Made by a program: the position numbers and the translations under genes | Shown here: piece by piece, positions 38,938-49,123 of the stretch | Numbering within the stretch: position 1 is the first letter of the stretch | Layout: every line of letters begins with the position of its first letter | Notes under the pieces: generated by a model | Seen by the model: the letters and a program-made list of their open reading frames with translations, nothing else | The model's database searches: none | What the model was told of the DNA's origin: nothing | From: Myxococcota bacterium | GTDB taxonomy: Bacteria; Myxococcota_A; UBA796; CAJQPC01 | NCBI GenBank assembly: GCA_036012755.1 | Contig: DASCPX010000009.1 | Span: forward strand, 64,001 to 128,000 | DNA length: 64,000 nt | Direction: 5' to 3'

Positions 38938-39546
38938 ATGCGCACAACGTCCCTGTCGCTCCCCGGAGCCGGGAGCAGGGGCTACGTCCGCTTCCTGTAC
39001 TCGATCTGGGCCCTCGTCTACGACTGGACCGTGGCCTGGGACGGGGCCTATCGAGGCAACGCCAGGAGCATGATCGAGGCGGTGGTCAGCGAGGGTGACC
39101 GGGTCCTGGACGTGGGGGTCGGGACAGGGCTCCTCGCCGAGTACGGCGCGCCTCTCGCGGGCGAGTACGCCGGCGTCGACTACTCCGGAGGCATGCTCTC
39201 CAAGGCCGCGAGCAAGATCGCCAGCCTGAAGCTGGGCAACGTGAGGCTCCAGTGGGCGGACGCCCGGAATCTGCCCTTCGGGGACGGGGGCTTCGACGCG
39301 GTCGTCAGCTCCTTCGTCCTGCCCCACTTCGCTCGGGAGGAGAAGGTCGAGATCCTGCGGGAGATGGCCCGGGTGTTGCGAGGAGGAGGGAGGCTGGGGC
39401 TCTTCCTCGCCCAGGGCGAGATCGCTCCCCTGTTCTCGACCAGGGAGCAGCTGGAGGAGTTCCTGGAGGCGGCTGGCTTTGCCCAGGTCCGGATCGAGGA
39501 TCGCGACGATGTCTACCGGGTCGTCACGGCAGTGAAGCCCGCGTGA
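38938..39546 (+). CDS. Class I SAM-dependent methyltransferase (UbiE-like)
   Basis: VLDVGVGTG, GVDYSGGML, DARNLPF.DGGFD, RVLRGGG. Confidence 0.85.
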   Translation: MRTTSLSLPGAGSRGYVRFLYSIWALVYDWTVAWDGAYRGNARSMIEAVVSEGDRVLDVGVGTGLLAEYGAPLAGEYAGVDYSGGMLSKAASKIASLKLGNVRLQWADARNLPFGDGGFDAVVSSFVLPHFAREEKVEILREMARVLRGGGRLGLFLAQGEIAPLFSTREQLEEFLEAAGFAQVRIEDRDDVYRVVTAVKPA

Positions 39547-40162
39547 GCGGCGACGGCGAGTACTGGGAGAAGAACGCCCGGCGCTACGACCGCGCCACCC
39601 TGCTCCTCAACAAGAACTTCTCTGGCATGGCGCAGGCGGTCGCCGATGCCGTCGCTGGCTCTGAAGACGTGCTGGAGATCGCCGCGGGCACGGGTCTGGT
39701 GACCGCTGCGGTGGTCCCGGTGGTCGGTCGCCACATCGCCACGGATCGGTCTCCGGAGATGCTGGAGGTCCTCCGGGGACGCCTCGACGGGCAGGCCAAC
39801 CTGGAGGTGCGCACAGCGGACGCCCTGGACCTCGACTTCGAGGACGGCACCTTCGACGCGGTGCTGGTCTGCAACCTCCTCCACCTGTTGCCCGAGCCCT
39901 GGTGGCGCTGGCCGAAGCTCGGCGTGTCCTCCGGCCCGGAGGACGCCTGCTCGCTCCCACCTTCTGCCACGGGGAGGGTGTAGTAGCCGCGGTCTTGTCC
40001 CGGACGCTCTGGGTGACCGGCTTCCGGGTCGTCACCCGCTTCGGAGGCGACGAGCTGGACACCCTCGTGACCGAGGCGGGCTTCGAGGTGCAGGACGCCC
40101 GCTGGTTCCCGGGGCTGCTGCCCCTCCGCTACGTCGAGGCCACACACCAGCCTATGGAGTGA
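39543..40162 (+). pseudogene. Class I SAM-dependent methyltransferase with a 1-nt frameshift at about 39897-39900
   Basis: VLEIAAGTG...NLLHLLPEP continues as VALAEARRVLRPGG in another frame; restoring one C in CCC rejoins them. Confidence 0.8.
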
Positions 40163-40760
40163 CCGGCTCCAGGTCGAAGAGGAAGGGGTGGACCACCTCG
40201 GCCTCGTCCTCGAAGCGCGGCCAGTCGGCGCCGTAGATGGCCGACCCGAAGCAGCTCTGGACACCCATCGGCACGTCGGAGTGGTCCTGCACCCAGACCT
40301 CGCCGAGTCCGGCTGGGCCGATGTCGAAGCGCATGTCCACGTGGCCGGAGAGCTCTGGGTACTCCATGGCCCAGGCCTCGACGCAGTCCTTGACCTCCGG
40401 GATCATCTCGTCGACGACCTCCCGTATGGCAGCGGGGGTCTGCTCCGCCGTCACCGGGGGCAGGAACCTGCGCAGAGGCTCGACCGCCGTGTCTTCCAAG
40501 GTGGCTTCGGGCTCCGGCACGTCCTCCATCGCGGCCACCTCGAGGGGCTCCGCAGAGGTGCGGGTCTTGCGCGGCTCGGTCACCGTGCGCTCCCCCGGTC
40601 TCGGCACCCGCGTCTGGACGGGCTCGTCGGGCTCGCGCTGTTGGGCCGGGTCCTCGCCCGCCGGAGCATCACCCGCGGCGACCTCGGAGCTGCCCATGAT
40701 CCACCCCAACAGCAGCAACACCGTGAGCACCACGACCCCGAAGAGGACCCGACGGCTCAC
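40152..40760 (-). CDS. Membrane-anchored protein with AgmX/PglI-like C-terminal domain
   Basis: N-terminal TM, Pro/Glu-rich linker, EVKDCVE...PELSG.V...F.I...SCF...WP...HPF. Confidence 0.65.
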   Translation of the reverse strand: MSRRVLFGVVVLTVLLLLGWIMGSSEVAAGDAPAGEDPAQQREPDEPVQTRVPRPGERTVTEPRKTRTSAEPLEVAAMEDVPEPEATLEDTAVEPLRRFLPPVTAEQTPAAIREVVDEMIPEVKDCVEAWAMEYPELSGHVDMRFDIGPAGLGEVWVQDHSDVPMGVQSCFGSAIYGADWPRFEDEAEVVHPFLFDLEPVTP

Positions 40761-43465
40761 TCGGGCTCGCTGGCGCCCAGCAGCTCACCGAGAGCCGTGA
40801 TGTGCTCTCCGTACGCGGCCCAGTCGCCAGCCTTCTGGGCCTCGATGGCGGCTGCGTAGATCTCGGCCGCCTGCTGCATCGCTGGCACCTCGACCTCCAC
40901 GGTCGTCATCTCGCCGGTCTCCTCGTCGACGACCTCTTCCGTGCGGACCTCGACGGTCTCCTGGACGGTCTCGCCGAAGACCTTCTCGAGGGCCTCTTCG
41001 AGAGTCGGCTCCATCGCGATGCGCTCCTCGTAGGAGACGATGACGCGCTTGAGCTCCGGGAGCTGACCGGTCGCCGCCTTCAGGTAGAGAGGCTCGACGT
41101 AGAGCAGGCTCTTCTCGATCGGGATGACGAGCAGGTTGCCTCGCACGACCGAGCTGCCAGACTGCGACCAGAGCGTGATCTGCTGGGAGATCTCGGGATC
41201 CTGGTCGATGCGGGCCTCGATCTGGTTCGGTCCGAAGACCAGCTTCTGCTTCGGGAACTGGTAGAGCAACAGGCGCCCGTAGTGCTCCGGATCGCAGCGG
41301 GCCGCGAGCCAGCTGATCATGTTGTCCTTGCCCGTCGGGACGAAGGGACGGAGCAGGATGAACTCGGCCTCGGACTCGCCCGGGAGCTCCATGATCAGGT
41401 AGTAGCTCTCCATCTTCTGGGCGCTGCCGCCGTAGAGCTCCTTCGGCGACTCCCACATGTCCTCTCGGTTGTAGAAGACCGTGGTGTCCGTCATGTGGTA
41501 CGAGGCGTAGAGCCTCGCCTGGATGTCGAAGAAGCCCACCGGGTAGCGAAGGTGGGGGACGATCGACTCCGGCATCTCGGACATCGGGGTCAGCGCCCCC
41601 GGGAAGATGTCACCGTAGACTTGGATGAGCGGGTCCGTCTCGTCGGAGACGTAGAGCGTCACGGTGCCGTCGAATGCGTCCACCACGACCTTCACCGCGT
41701 TGCGGATGTAGTTGAAGCTGCCGCCGTAGGGCTCCGAGTACGGATAGCGATTCGTCACGGTGTAGGCGTCGATGATCCACACCAGCCGCCCATCGGCGAC
41801 GACGAGGTAGGGGTCGCGGTCGAAGCTCAAGAAGGGCGCGACCTCTGCGATCCGCTCGTCGAGCGTGCGACGCATGAGGATTCGACTGTCGTCCTTCAGG
41901 TACTGGGACAGCAGGATGTCCATGCTCGAGTAGTAGATGGCGAAGAGTGTCTTCCTCCAGCCCTCGAGTGGCACCCCGCCTTCGCCGGCGTAGGTCGTGT
42001 AGACGTTCTGGTCCCCGTCCGGGTAGTCGAACTCCTCGATGCCTGCCTTCACGAAGACGTAGCGGTCGGTGAGCTCGCCGTAGTAGATCTCGGGCCGGTC
42101 GATCTGCAGATCTGCGTTGGCCGAGGGTGGGATGTCCTTCACGAAGAGCTCGGGCAGGCCCTCCGAGGTCACGATGTTCACCGGCGAGACCGTCAGGCCG
42201 TAGCCGTGGGTGTAGCTGAAGTGCTCGTTGACCCAGCTGCGCGCCTGCGCCGGCACGTTGGCGTAGTTCAGCTCTCGGGCGGAAAGCATCACCTGGCGGA
42301 TCTGTCCGTCGAGCACGTAGCGGTCGATGTCGACGTCGTGGAAGTCGTAGTAGAGCCGGATCTCCTGAATCTGGGCGAAGGTCTGCAACAGCGGCCGATC
42401 GTCCCAGATGCGGATGTTGTCCAGCGTGTCCGGGCGCGCCTCGATGTCCGCCAACGTCAGCCCGGTCTCGGCCTCGAAGGGCTCCACGTCGATGCGGTCG
42501 AGGGCATAGGCGCTGCGTGTCCCCGAGATGTTCCGCTCGAGGTAGGGCTGCTCCAGCGTGAGCTCGCTCGGCGTGACGATGTACTGGTGCAGCAGGTTGG
42601 GCCAGGCCTTCGCGATGACGAGCGCGACCACGTAGATGGCGATCGAGACCGCGCCTGGCCGCCAGCTCCCGCGGAGGCCACCGGCGATCAGCGCGACGCC
42701 AGCCAGCACGGAGGCACCGACCATGACCCAGGCGCTGGGGATGCCGGCGTTGATGTCCGCGTAGTCAGCACCCCAGACCGCTCCCCGGTTCGTGAACAAG
42801 AGCAGGTAGCGATCGAGGTACCAGCCCGCCGCGATGGCGAAGAACCAGCCGCCGCCGAGGACCGCGAGGTGTCGGCCCGCCCGAGCGCTGAGCGAGATCC
42901 GCTTCAGCAGCACGTCCCGGAGGAGGTAGAAGCCACCGGTCAGCGCGATCGTGATCACGAACAGCGCGCTGGCGACCGACTGCGCGAGCTCCAGCACCGG
43001 GAGCGTGAAGACGTAGAAGCCGATGTCCTGCAAGAAGACGGGGTCCGTCTCTCCGAAGGGCCTCGCGTGGACGGCGGTGAGCACGTCGAGCCACTGTCTG
43101 GACAGCGGTCCCCCCGTGAGCAGGCCCGCGAAGACGGCGCCGAGCCCCAAAACCCACTTGACAGCGGACCGCAGGCTCTGGGGTGGGATCTTGCCCTCTG
43201 CGAGCAGGCGGCTGAGCAGGCCGTAGTTCAGGCCCGCCTCGCGGTGGGCGAAGGCGAGGTTGACGAGCACGAAGGCGAAGCCCAGGACCAAGCCTCCGAG
43301 CCACAGGCCGAGGGCCGCCCCGACGTGCGCCTGGAAGACCTGGGAGTAGCCGACGGCGTCGAACCAGAGCCAGTCGACGAGGACCTCGACGAGTGGGCGA
43401 TGGAGGACCCACAGTCCGAAGATGACCCCCAGGGCGATCCAGATGCGTGTGCGGTACTTCTGCAT
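40757..43465 (-). CDS. UPF0182 family membrane protein
   Basis: DWLWF..VGY, DPVF..DIGFYVF.LP, NIRIWD, YTHGYG, NYIRNAVK, GNLLVIP, YVEPLY. Confidence 0.93.
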   Translation of the reverse strand: MQKYRTRIWIALGVIFGLWVLHRPLVEVLVDWLWFDAVGYSQVFQAHVGAALGLWLGGLVLGFAFVLVNLAFAHREAGLNYGLLSRLLAEGKIPPQSLRSAVKWVLGLGAVFAGLLTGGPLSRQWLDVLTAVHARPFGETDPVFLQDIGFYVFTLPVLELAQSVASALFVITIALTGGFYLLRDVLLKRISLSARAGRHLAVLGGGWFFAIAAGWYLDRYLLLFTNRGAVWGADYADINAGIPSAWVMVGASVLAGVALIAGGLRGSWRPGAVSIAIYVVALVIAKAWPNLLHQYIVTPSELTLEQPYLERNISGTRSAYALDRIDVEPFEAETGLTLADIEARPDTLDNIRIWDDRPLLQTFAQIQEIRLYYDFHDVDIDRYVLDGQIRQVMLSARELNYANVPAQARSWVNEHFSYTHGYGLTVSPVNIVTSEGLPELFVKDIPPSANADLQIDRPEIYYGELTDRYVFVKAGIEEFDYPDGDQNVYTTYAGEGGVPLEGWRKTLFAIYYSSMDILLSQYLKDDSRILMRRTLDERIAEVAPFLSFDRDPYLVVADGRLVWIIDAYTVTNRYPYSEPYGGSFNYIRNAVKVVVDAFDGTVTLYVSDETDPLIQVYGDIFPGALTPMSEMPESIVPHLRYPVGFFDIQARLYASYHMTDTTVFYNREDMWESPKELYGGSAQKMESYYLIMELPGESEAEFILLRPFVPTGKDNMISWLAARCDPEHYGRLLLYQFPKQKLVFGPNQIEARIDQDPEISQQITLWSQSGSSVVRGNLLVIPIEKSLLYVEPLYLKAATGQLPELKRVIVSYEERIAMEPTLEEALEKVFGETVQETVEVRTEEVVDEETGEMTTVEVEVPAMQQAAEIYAAAIEAQKAGDWAAYGEHITALGELLGASEPE

Positions 43466-43505
43466 GGCAAGGGGTGTAACCACGCGCGCGATAGACTCGC
43501 CCCCC

Positions 43506-44654
43506 ATGCTCTGGGTCTCCCTCGCCATCGCTGCGCCGCTCTTGGTCGATCCGGACGTGAACCGGGACGAGGCGGCGGCATCCGTCCAGTCCGCCGCCGG
43601 GATCGAGGATCTCCAGGTGATGGGGCTGGAGGAGCTCCTCGGGGCCCGCCCGCCGCTGCTCTCCGGTGACGGGCAGGTCGATCTCTGCACCCGCGCCCCC
43701 TCCTCCGCCGGCCAGGTCTCGGAGCAGCTCGGCAAGGCCGAGGACAGCGTGTCCTACATGGACTACGAGGCGGCGCTCTCGGAGCTCGACGAGGTGGACG
43801 GCCTGCTCGCCTGCCTGCGGGACCCCGTGAGCCCCGCCGACGCCGCCCGGGCCTACTTCCTCCGCGGCATCGTGGCCTTCGACTCCGGGGACGAGGGCAA
43901 GGCGCTGCAGAGCTTCGTCCAGGCGCGCCAGTTCGACCCGGAGATCGCCTGGGACACAGCCTTCCCCCCTCGGGCCCAGGGCGTCTTCGACCAGGCGACG
44001 ACGATCTCGGCGGAGCAGGCTCCCGCCTCGCTGCTCCTCGTCCCGGCTCCCCCCGACATCCGAGTCGACGGGAGGCTCGCGTCCACCACCGGGAGCCAGC
44101 TCACCCTCGGCCCCGGCCGCCACCTCGTCCAGCTCGGGCCCGAGCCGATGACGACCTTCCAGGTGGAGCTCCAGGCCGGCTCCGAGGCCACCCTGGTCGT
44201 GCCAGCCATGGTCGACGAGCACGCACTGCGCGAGATCGCGACCGACGATCGCGTCGCCCTCAGCGCCGCGCTCGGGGCTCTGCTCGGCGAAGGCCAGCTC
44301 GTCTTCGTGGCCGTCCCCGGGGGCATCTGGAAGGGCAGCGCCGGCGGGCGCGCATGGGAACAGATCGTGGCCACGGAGCCCGTCGCGATCGCCGAGATCA
44401 TCGAGGTCCCGGCTCCCGAGCTGGAGCCAGGGGACAAGGGGGTGCGAAGGGGCCTGCTCGGGGTCGCCATAGGCACCGCGGCGGTCAGCGGGGCGCTGTA
44501 CGGCGGGGCCGCGCTCACGAACCAGGCCTTCTACGCCAGCGACACTCCGACCGGCCAGCTGGAGCAGGTCCAACAGCTCAACAACGGGCTCATCGTGGCC
44601 TCGGCTGGCCTCGGGGCCGTCGCCGTGGGCCTTGGCGTCGTGGCGGTCTTCTGA
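43506..44654 (+). CDS. Exported/membrane hypothetical protein (helical TPR-like plus PEGA-like region, C-terminal TMs)
   Basis: Signal-like MLWVSLAIA, IRVDGR...LGPGRHLVQ, glycine-rich C-terminal helices. Confidence 0.65.
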   Translation: MLWVSLAIAAPLLVDPDVNRDEAAASVQSAAGIEDLQVMGLEELLGARPPLLSGDGQVDLCTRAPSSAGQVSEQLGKAEDSVSYMDYEAALSELDEVDGLLACLRDPVSPADAARAYFLRGIVAFDSGDEGKALQSFVQARQFDPEIAWDTAFPPRAQGVFDQATTISAEQAPASLLLVPAPPDIRVDGRLASTTGSQLTLGPGRHLVQLGPEPMTTFQVELQAGSEATLVVPAMVDEHALREIATDDRVALSAALGALLGEGQLVFVAVPGGIWKGSAGGRAWEQIVATEPVAIAEIIEVPAPELEPGDKGVRRGLLGVAIGTAAVSGALYGGAALTNQAFYASDTPTGQLEQVQQLNNGLIVASAGLGAVAVGLGVVAVF

Positions 44655-45919
44655 TGTTCCTGCTGACCAGCTGTCTCTGGATCTCGGACGAGGACCTCGC
44701 CCGTGAGCTGAAGCGGCGAGAGCGCCCGGGAGAGACCCCGGAACCCACCGTGATCCTGGAGCTCTCCGGCACCGGGAGCTACGGCGCCGCGCTGGCGGCC
44801 TACGACGAGGACGGCGACGGAGTCCGCGAGCTGGCCATCGGCCTCCCGGACGCGGTGGATGGTGACGTCGACGTGCTCAGGTTCGGGGCGGAGGGCCCGG
44901 ACGTGACCGCGCTGGTCTTCCAGTCCATGAGCGAGACCAACGATGGACCTTGCGAGGCAGGCGGAGTCCTCGCCAACGCCGGTGACCTCGACGGAGACGG
45001 CGACGAAGAGCTCATGATCGGCATGCCTGGCTGCACGGTGGGAGGCGCCGACGGCGGCTGGGCCTTCTGGAAGGGCGGCAAGAACAACCCCAAGGGCGAG
45101 TTCTTCTTCTCCGGGAGCTTCGACCCCGGCACGGACATCGCGCGCTCGCGTGACCACGACGACAACGGCTACGACGACGTCATGATCGGCGCACCTGGCT
45201 ACGCGGAGTCGACCGGCGCGGTCTTCCTGAAGCGCTACGAAGAAGAGCCAGGTGACATCGTCATCTACGTCGGCGAGAACGTCGGCGACCGCTTCGGCGG
45301 GGCGGTGACCGGACCCGGCGACACCAACGGCGACGGAGCCTCGGACGTCGTCATCGCCTCACCCGAGGCCGGCGGCGGGGCAGGAGCCGCCTACCTGATC
45401 GTCGGGCCGCAGCCAGCCACCAGCGTCGCCACGCCGGTGGAGGCTTCCACCCCCCGGACGAACGGAGCCAGCGGCAGCGGGCTGGGCTCCGAGCTCGGCA
45501 GCGGCGGGGACGTCAACGACGACGGCCTGGACGACTGGCTCATACAGGTCCCGGGCCTGGACGAGGTGCTCGTCGTGCTCGGCTCCTCGAACGATGACGC
45601 CGCGGTCGACCTGATCATCCACGGCGAGCCTGGGATCGGCGCCGCCCTGGAGATCTCGGACCTGGACGCCGACGGCTCAGCCGAGCTCCTCGTCGGCTCA
45701 CCCTTCGGAGAGGGCGCGGTCTATGTCTTCGAGGCCCCCCTGAGCGCCTCGATGGAGCTCACGGACGCCACGACGACGATCATCGGAGCCGTGGACGGAG
45801 GTGAGTTCGGGGCCTCGCTGGCGGTCTTCGCCGATCTCGACGGTGACGGCATCGGGGAGGTGGCAATCGGCGCGCCGACGGAGCAGACTGTCGAGCTGTT
45901 CACCGGACTCACCTACTGA
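44654..45919 (+). CDS. FG-GAP (integrin alpha-like) repeat lipoprotein
   Basis: LTSC lipobox; repeated GDLDGDG/GDVNDDG...IGAP units; TGATG coupling at both ends. Confidence 0.85.
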   Translation: MFLLTSCLWISDEDLARELKRRERPGETPEPTVILELSGTGSYGAALAAYDEDGDGVRELAIGLPDAVDGDVDVLRFGAEGPDVTALVFQSMSETNDGPCEAGGVLANAGDLDGDGDEELMIGMPGCTVGGADGGWAFWKGGKNNPKGEFFFSGSFDPGTDIARSRDHDDNGYDDVMIGAPGYAESTGAVFLKRYEEEPGDIVIYVGENVGDRFGGAVTGPGDTNGDGASDVVIASPEAGGGAGAAYLIVGPQPATSVATPVEASTPRTNGASGSGLGSELGSGGDVNDDGLDDWLIQVPGLDEVLVVLGSSNDDAAVDLIIHGEPGIGAALEISDLDADGSAELLVGSPFGEGAVYVFEAPLSASMELTDATTTIIGAVDGGEFGASLAVFADLDGDGIGEVAIGAPTEQTVELFTGLTY

Positions 45920-47460
45920 TGCAGCCTGCTCCCCTGGCAAACGGCCGCTACGTGCTCGACCGCAGCCTCGGCGAGGGCGGCATGGCAACGGTCTGGTTCG
46001 GGCAGGACACCCTGCTCGATGTCCCCCGCGCGGTGAAGGTGCTGGCGCCTGCGATGGCCAGGAACGAGACCCTGCGGACCCGCTTCCTACACGAAGCGCG
46101 CACGATGGCAAAGCTGCGGCACGCCAACATCGTGACCGTCTTCGACGTCGGCATGGACCAGCGCAGGCCCTACATCATCATGGAGGTGCTGGAGGGGGGC
46201 AGCGTCGTCGACTACGTGCACACCTACGGGCCGATGCGCCCGTCGGTCGCTGTCCGCCTGATCCGCGGCGTGCTCAACGGCCTGGGCATCGCCCACGCCG
46301 CCGGGGTCGTCCACAGGGACGTGAAGCCCCACAACATCCTCCTGACCATCGAGGGCATTCCCAAGCTCACGGACTTCGGCATCGCCCAGGCGGACGGCCG
46401 CAAGAGCCTGACGCGCACGGGCATGATGATGGGCACCCTCGCGTTCATGTCGCCAGAGCAGCGCTCGAACCCGAAGGGCGTGGACCACCGCGCGGACCTC
46501 TACAGCGTCGGCACGACCCTGTACTCGATGCTGACCGGAGACGAGCCCTTCGACCTCTACTCGACGGAGCTGCGAGAGCCTCGACTGCAAGCGGTCCCGG
46601 ACGCGCTGGCGGAGATCCTGCGCAAGGCCTGCGCGCTGTCGGCGGACGCCCGCTACCAGTCGGCCGAGGAGCTCGACGCGGCGCTGGCGGCGGTCGAGGG
46701 CGAGCTCGCCGAGGGCTTGGCTGCCGAGGCCGCCTGGGTGATGCTCCTGGAGCAGCTCGGGGAGACCTCGGAGAAGCAGACCGGTCCGCTGCCCGAGTTG
46801 CCGGAGGGCAGCCAGGACACCCTCATGCCGGTCGAGGACCCCCAGGACGCCCACACCTCGGCCCAGGGGACGATGGACCTCCACTCCCTGCCCAGCGGCC
46901 TGACGGACACGGAGCCGCCTCGCCGATCGCGCATGCCGATGCTGCTCGCGCTGTTGTCGGTGGCGGTCCTCACCGGTGGTACGACGTGGTGGCTGGCCCA
47001 GCCCGACGCGGTCGTGGAGGAGCCGAAGGTCGTCGAGCCGGTGGCGAAGCCGCCTCCACCGCGCAAGGCGCCCGCAGCCGTCGAGGTCGCGGAGGAGCCG
47101 ATCGAAGCCGAGGCCCCAGAGCCGGTGGAGGAAGAGGTGGAGGAGGAGGTCACGCCAGCGCTTGTTTCCGCGCCGATGGTCGTCGCCGCGCCGACCGAGC
47201 CGGCGCCCGAGGAGGCCACGGAGCCAGCCGCCGCGACCGTCCAGGCCTACATCAACACCAAGCCCTGGTCAGACCTGAGCATCGACGGAGTGTCGAAGGG
47301 CACGACCGGCTGGAAGGGCAGCCTGGCGATCGGGACCCACGCCCTGTCCTTCACAAGCCAGGACGGCGAGACCATCACCCAGACCGTGACGGTGAAGCCC
47401 GGAGCCCCCTTCCGCCACTGCTACGACTTCGCCGCCCAGGGGCCCTGCGCGCGCCGCTGA
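45919..47460 (+). CDS. Membrane Ser/Thr protein kinase with C-terminal PEGA-like domain
   Basis: LGEGGMA, AVK, HRDVKPHN, DFGIA, FMSPEQ; TM; INTKPWSDLSIDG. Confidence 0.92.
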   Translation: MQPAPLANGRYVLDRSLGEGGMATVWFGQDTLLDVPRAVKVLAPAMARNETLRTRFLHEARTMAKLRHANIVTVFDVGMDQRRPYIIMEVLEGGSVVDYVHTYGPMRPSVAVRLIRGVLNGLGIAHAAGVVHRDVKPHNILLTIEGIPKLTDFGIAQADGRKSLTRTGMMMGTLAFMSPEQRSNPKGVDHRADLYSVGTTLYSMLTGDEPFDLYSTELREPRLQAVPDALAEILRKACALSADARYQSAEELDAALAAVEGELAEGLAAEAAWVMLLEQLGETSEKQTGPLPELPEGSQDTLMPVEDPQDAHTSAQGTMDLHSLPSGLTDTEPPRRSRMPMLLALLSVAVLTGGTTWWLAQPDAVVEEPKVVEPVAKPPPPRKAPAAVEVAEEPIEAEAPEPVEEEVEEEVTPALVSAPMVVAAPTEPAPEEATEPAAATVQAYINTKPWSDLSIDGVSKGTTGWKGSLAIGTHALSFTSQDGETITQTVTVKPGAPFRHCYDFAAQGPCARR

Positions 47461-47474
47461 GATAGAGCCGCCCC

Positions 47475-48659
47475 ATGCTGCTGTCGCTCGCGCTGTCGTG
47501 TACGTCCCCGGAGCCCACGCCGCCCCTCGAGCAGGAGGAGTCCGCCAGCGAGGGCCACTGGACGAAGCTCGACACCCTCGCCTTCGGGCACGCGGACCAC
47601 ACGGCGACGATGCTGCCGGGGCAGCAGATCATCGTGCTCGGTGGCTTCTCGGACAAGGTCGAGCGCGTCGACGTCCCAGCCCGTCGGATCCGCGCGGCGA
47701 GTCCCCTCCCCCAGGCGCGCATGAACCACGCCGCCGCGGCGCTGCCAGACGGGCGGCTGATCGTCGCCGGCGGCGAGGTCTACGACCGCGACACCCGCGA
47801 GCGCACGGCGACCAACACCGTCTTGATCTGGGACCCCGAGACCGACACCTGGTCCGACGGACCGGCGCTCTCGACGGTGCGAGTCGACTTCACGCTCAGC
47901 CCCTATGGCGACGGCGTGATCGCCATCGGCGGCAAGGACGGCGAGGGTGCCGTGCTCGGCCGAACAGAGGTCCTGGCAGCTGGCGCCTGGCTGGAGGGCC
48001 CGGCTGTGTCCCCGCGTCACGGCCACGACGTGGACGCGTGGCGAGGTGGACTCGTCATCACCGGTGGACGCGACGGCGACCCGGTGGGCCTCGTCGAGCA
48101 CATCGTCGAGGGCCGCACGAAGCTGCTCGCCACGCTGTCGCCACCTCGCGCGGACCAGGTGACGCTGGTGCTGGACGACGACAGCCTCATGGTCATCGGC
48201 GGAGACGACGGCACCGACGTGCTCGCTGACGTCGACCAGCTCGTCGACGGTCAGTGGGTGGCGCTCACCCCCTTGTCCCATCCCCGCTCCCAGCACGGCG
48301 CGGGCCAGGTGGCCGATGGCCGCGTCGTGGTCTTCGGAGGCCGTCCGGTGGTGGCCTCCCCCGACGCCCTGCCGATCCGCGACGTCGAGATCTACGAGGC
48401 CGACGGCGCCTGGCGAGAGGCCAACCGCCAGGTCCAGGCCCGCTACGAGGGCGTGACGCTGCCGCTGGAGGACGGGAGGGTCCTCGTCGCCGGTGGGAAC
48501 TCCCGGGGCAAGGTCATCCTCGAGGTCTCGGTCTACTCTCCGGAGCCCAAGCCGCCGCGGGTCAAGCAGCCAGAGGACACAGCGCCTCCGGAGCCCGCGG
48601 AGCCCTCGGAGCCCTCGGAGCGACCCCCTGCTCCTCCCGGACTGCCCCCGGGGATCTGA
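47475..48659 (+). CDS. Kelch-repeat lipoprotein
   Basis: R..H.A..L.DGR..V.GG repeats; LSC lipobox. Confidence 0.88.
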   Translation: MLLSLALSCTSPEPTPPLEQEESASEGHWTKLDTLAFGHADHTATMLPGQQIIVLGGFSDKVERVDVPARRIRAASPLPQARMNHAAAALPDGRLIVAGGEVYDRDTRERTATNTVLIWDPETDTWSDGPALSTVRVDFTLSPYGDGVIAIGGKDGEGAVLGRTEVLAAGAWLEGPAVSPRHGHDVDAWRGGLVITGGRDGDPVGLVEHIVEGRTKLLATLSPPRADQVTLVLDDDSLMVIGGDDGTDVLADVDQLVDGQWVALTPLSHPRSQHGAGQVADGRVVVFGGRPVVASPDALPIRDVEIYEADGAWREANRQVQARYEGVTLPLEDGRVLVAGGNSRGKVILEVSVYSPEPKPPRVKQPEDTAPPEPAEPSEPSERPPAPPGLPPGI

Positions 48660-48661
48660 CC

Positions 48662-49114
48662 TCAGTCGCCCCGGATGCTGTCCGGATCGAAGAGCGCGGC
48701 GATCTGGATTCGAGCGCCGCTGTCGAGGATCTTCGTGTGGCAACCCAGGCGGTGGCTGGGTTCGCGAGGTGGACCCGGCTCGCGGGCCCGCCCATCGTGG
48801 GGATCCCCGCGTACGTGAGCCTCGATGGTCAGCTCCTCGTGCTCGCTCATCTTCGACAAGCCGGTGGCGTCGAGCGTCTCGAGCCTGCAAGAGCCACAGC
48901 CTCCGTCCGGACAGGTCCCGCCCGCACGCCGACCGGTGGAGATGGTGAGGCCGTTTGCGTCCGCGGCCATCAGGATCGAGTAGTGCTTCTCGACCTGAAG
49001 CGGCCTCTCCGTCCCGTCCGGGAGGACGAAGGTGATGGAGCAGGTCGAGACCTCCGGGCCCTTGCCGAGACCGAGGATGTCCTTGAGCTTGTTGCGAATC
49101 CCGAAGCGGGACAT
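48662..49114 (-). CDS. 2Fe-2S ferredoxin-like protein
   Basis: CPDGGCGSC (Cx4Cx2C) and RLGC; GAGGAGG RBS. Confidence 0.85.
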   Translation of the reverse strand: MSRFGIRNKLKDILGLGKGPEVSTCSITFVLPDGTERPLQVEKHYSILMAADANGLTISTGRRAGGTCPDGGCGSCRLETLDATGLSKMSEHEELTIEAHVRGDPHDGRAREPGPPREPSHRLGCHTKILDSGARIQIAALFDPDSIRGD

Positions 49115-49123
49115 CCGACCTCC

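Noticed and set aside
38639..39073. ORF in the gap before the methyltransferases
   Set aside because: No recognisable motif; it starts within the repeat and overlaps the methyltransferase out of frame. At most a gene remnant.
26835..39910. Programmed ribosomal frameshifting at the two split genes
   Set aside because: No slippery heptamer or stimulatory structure is evident; simple indels explain both.
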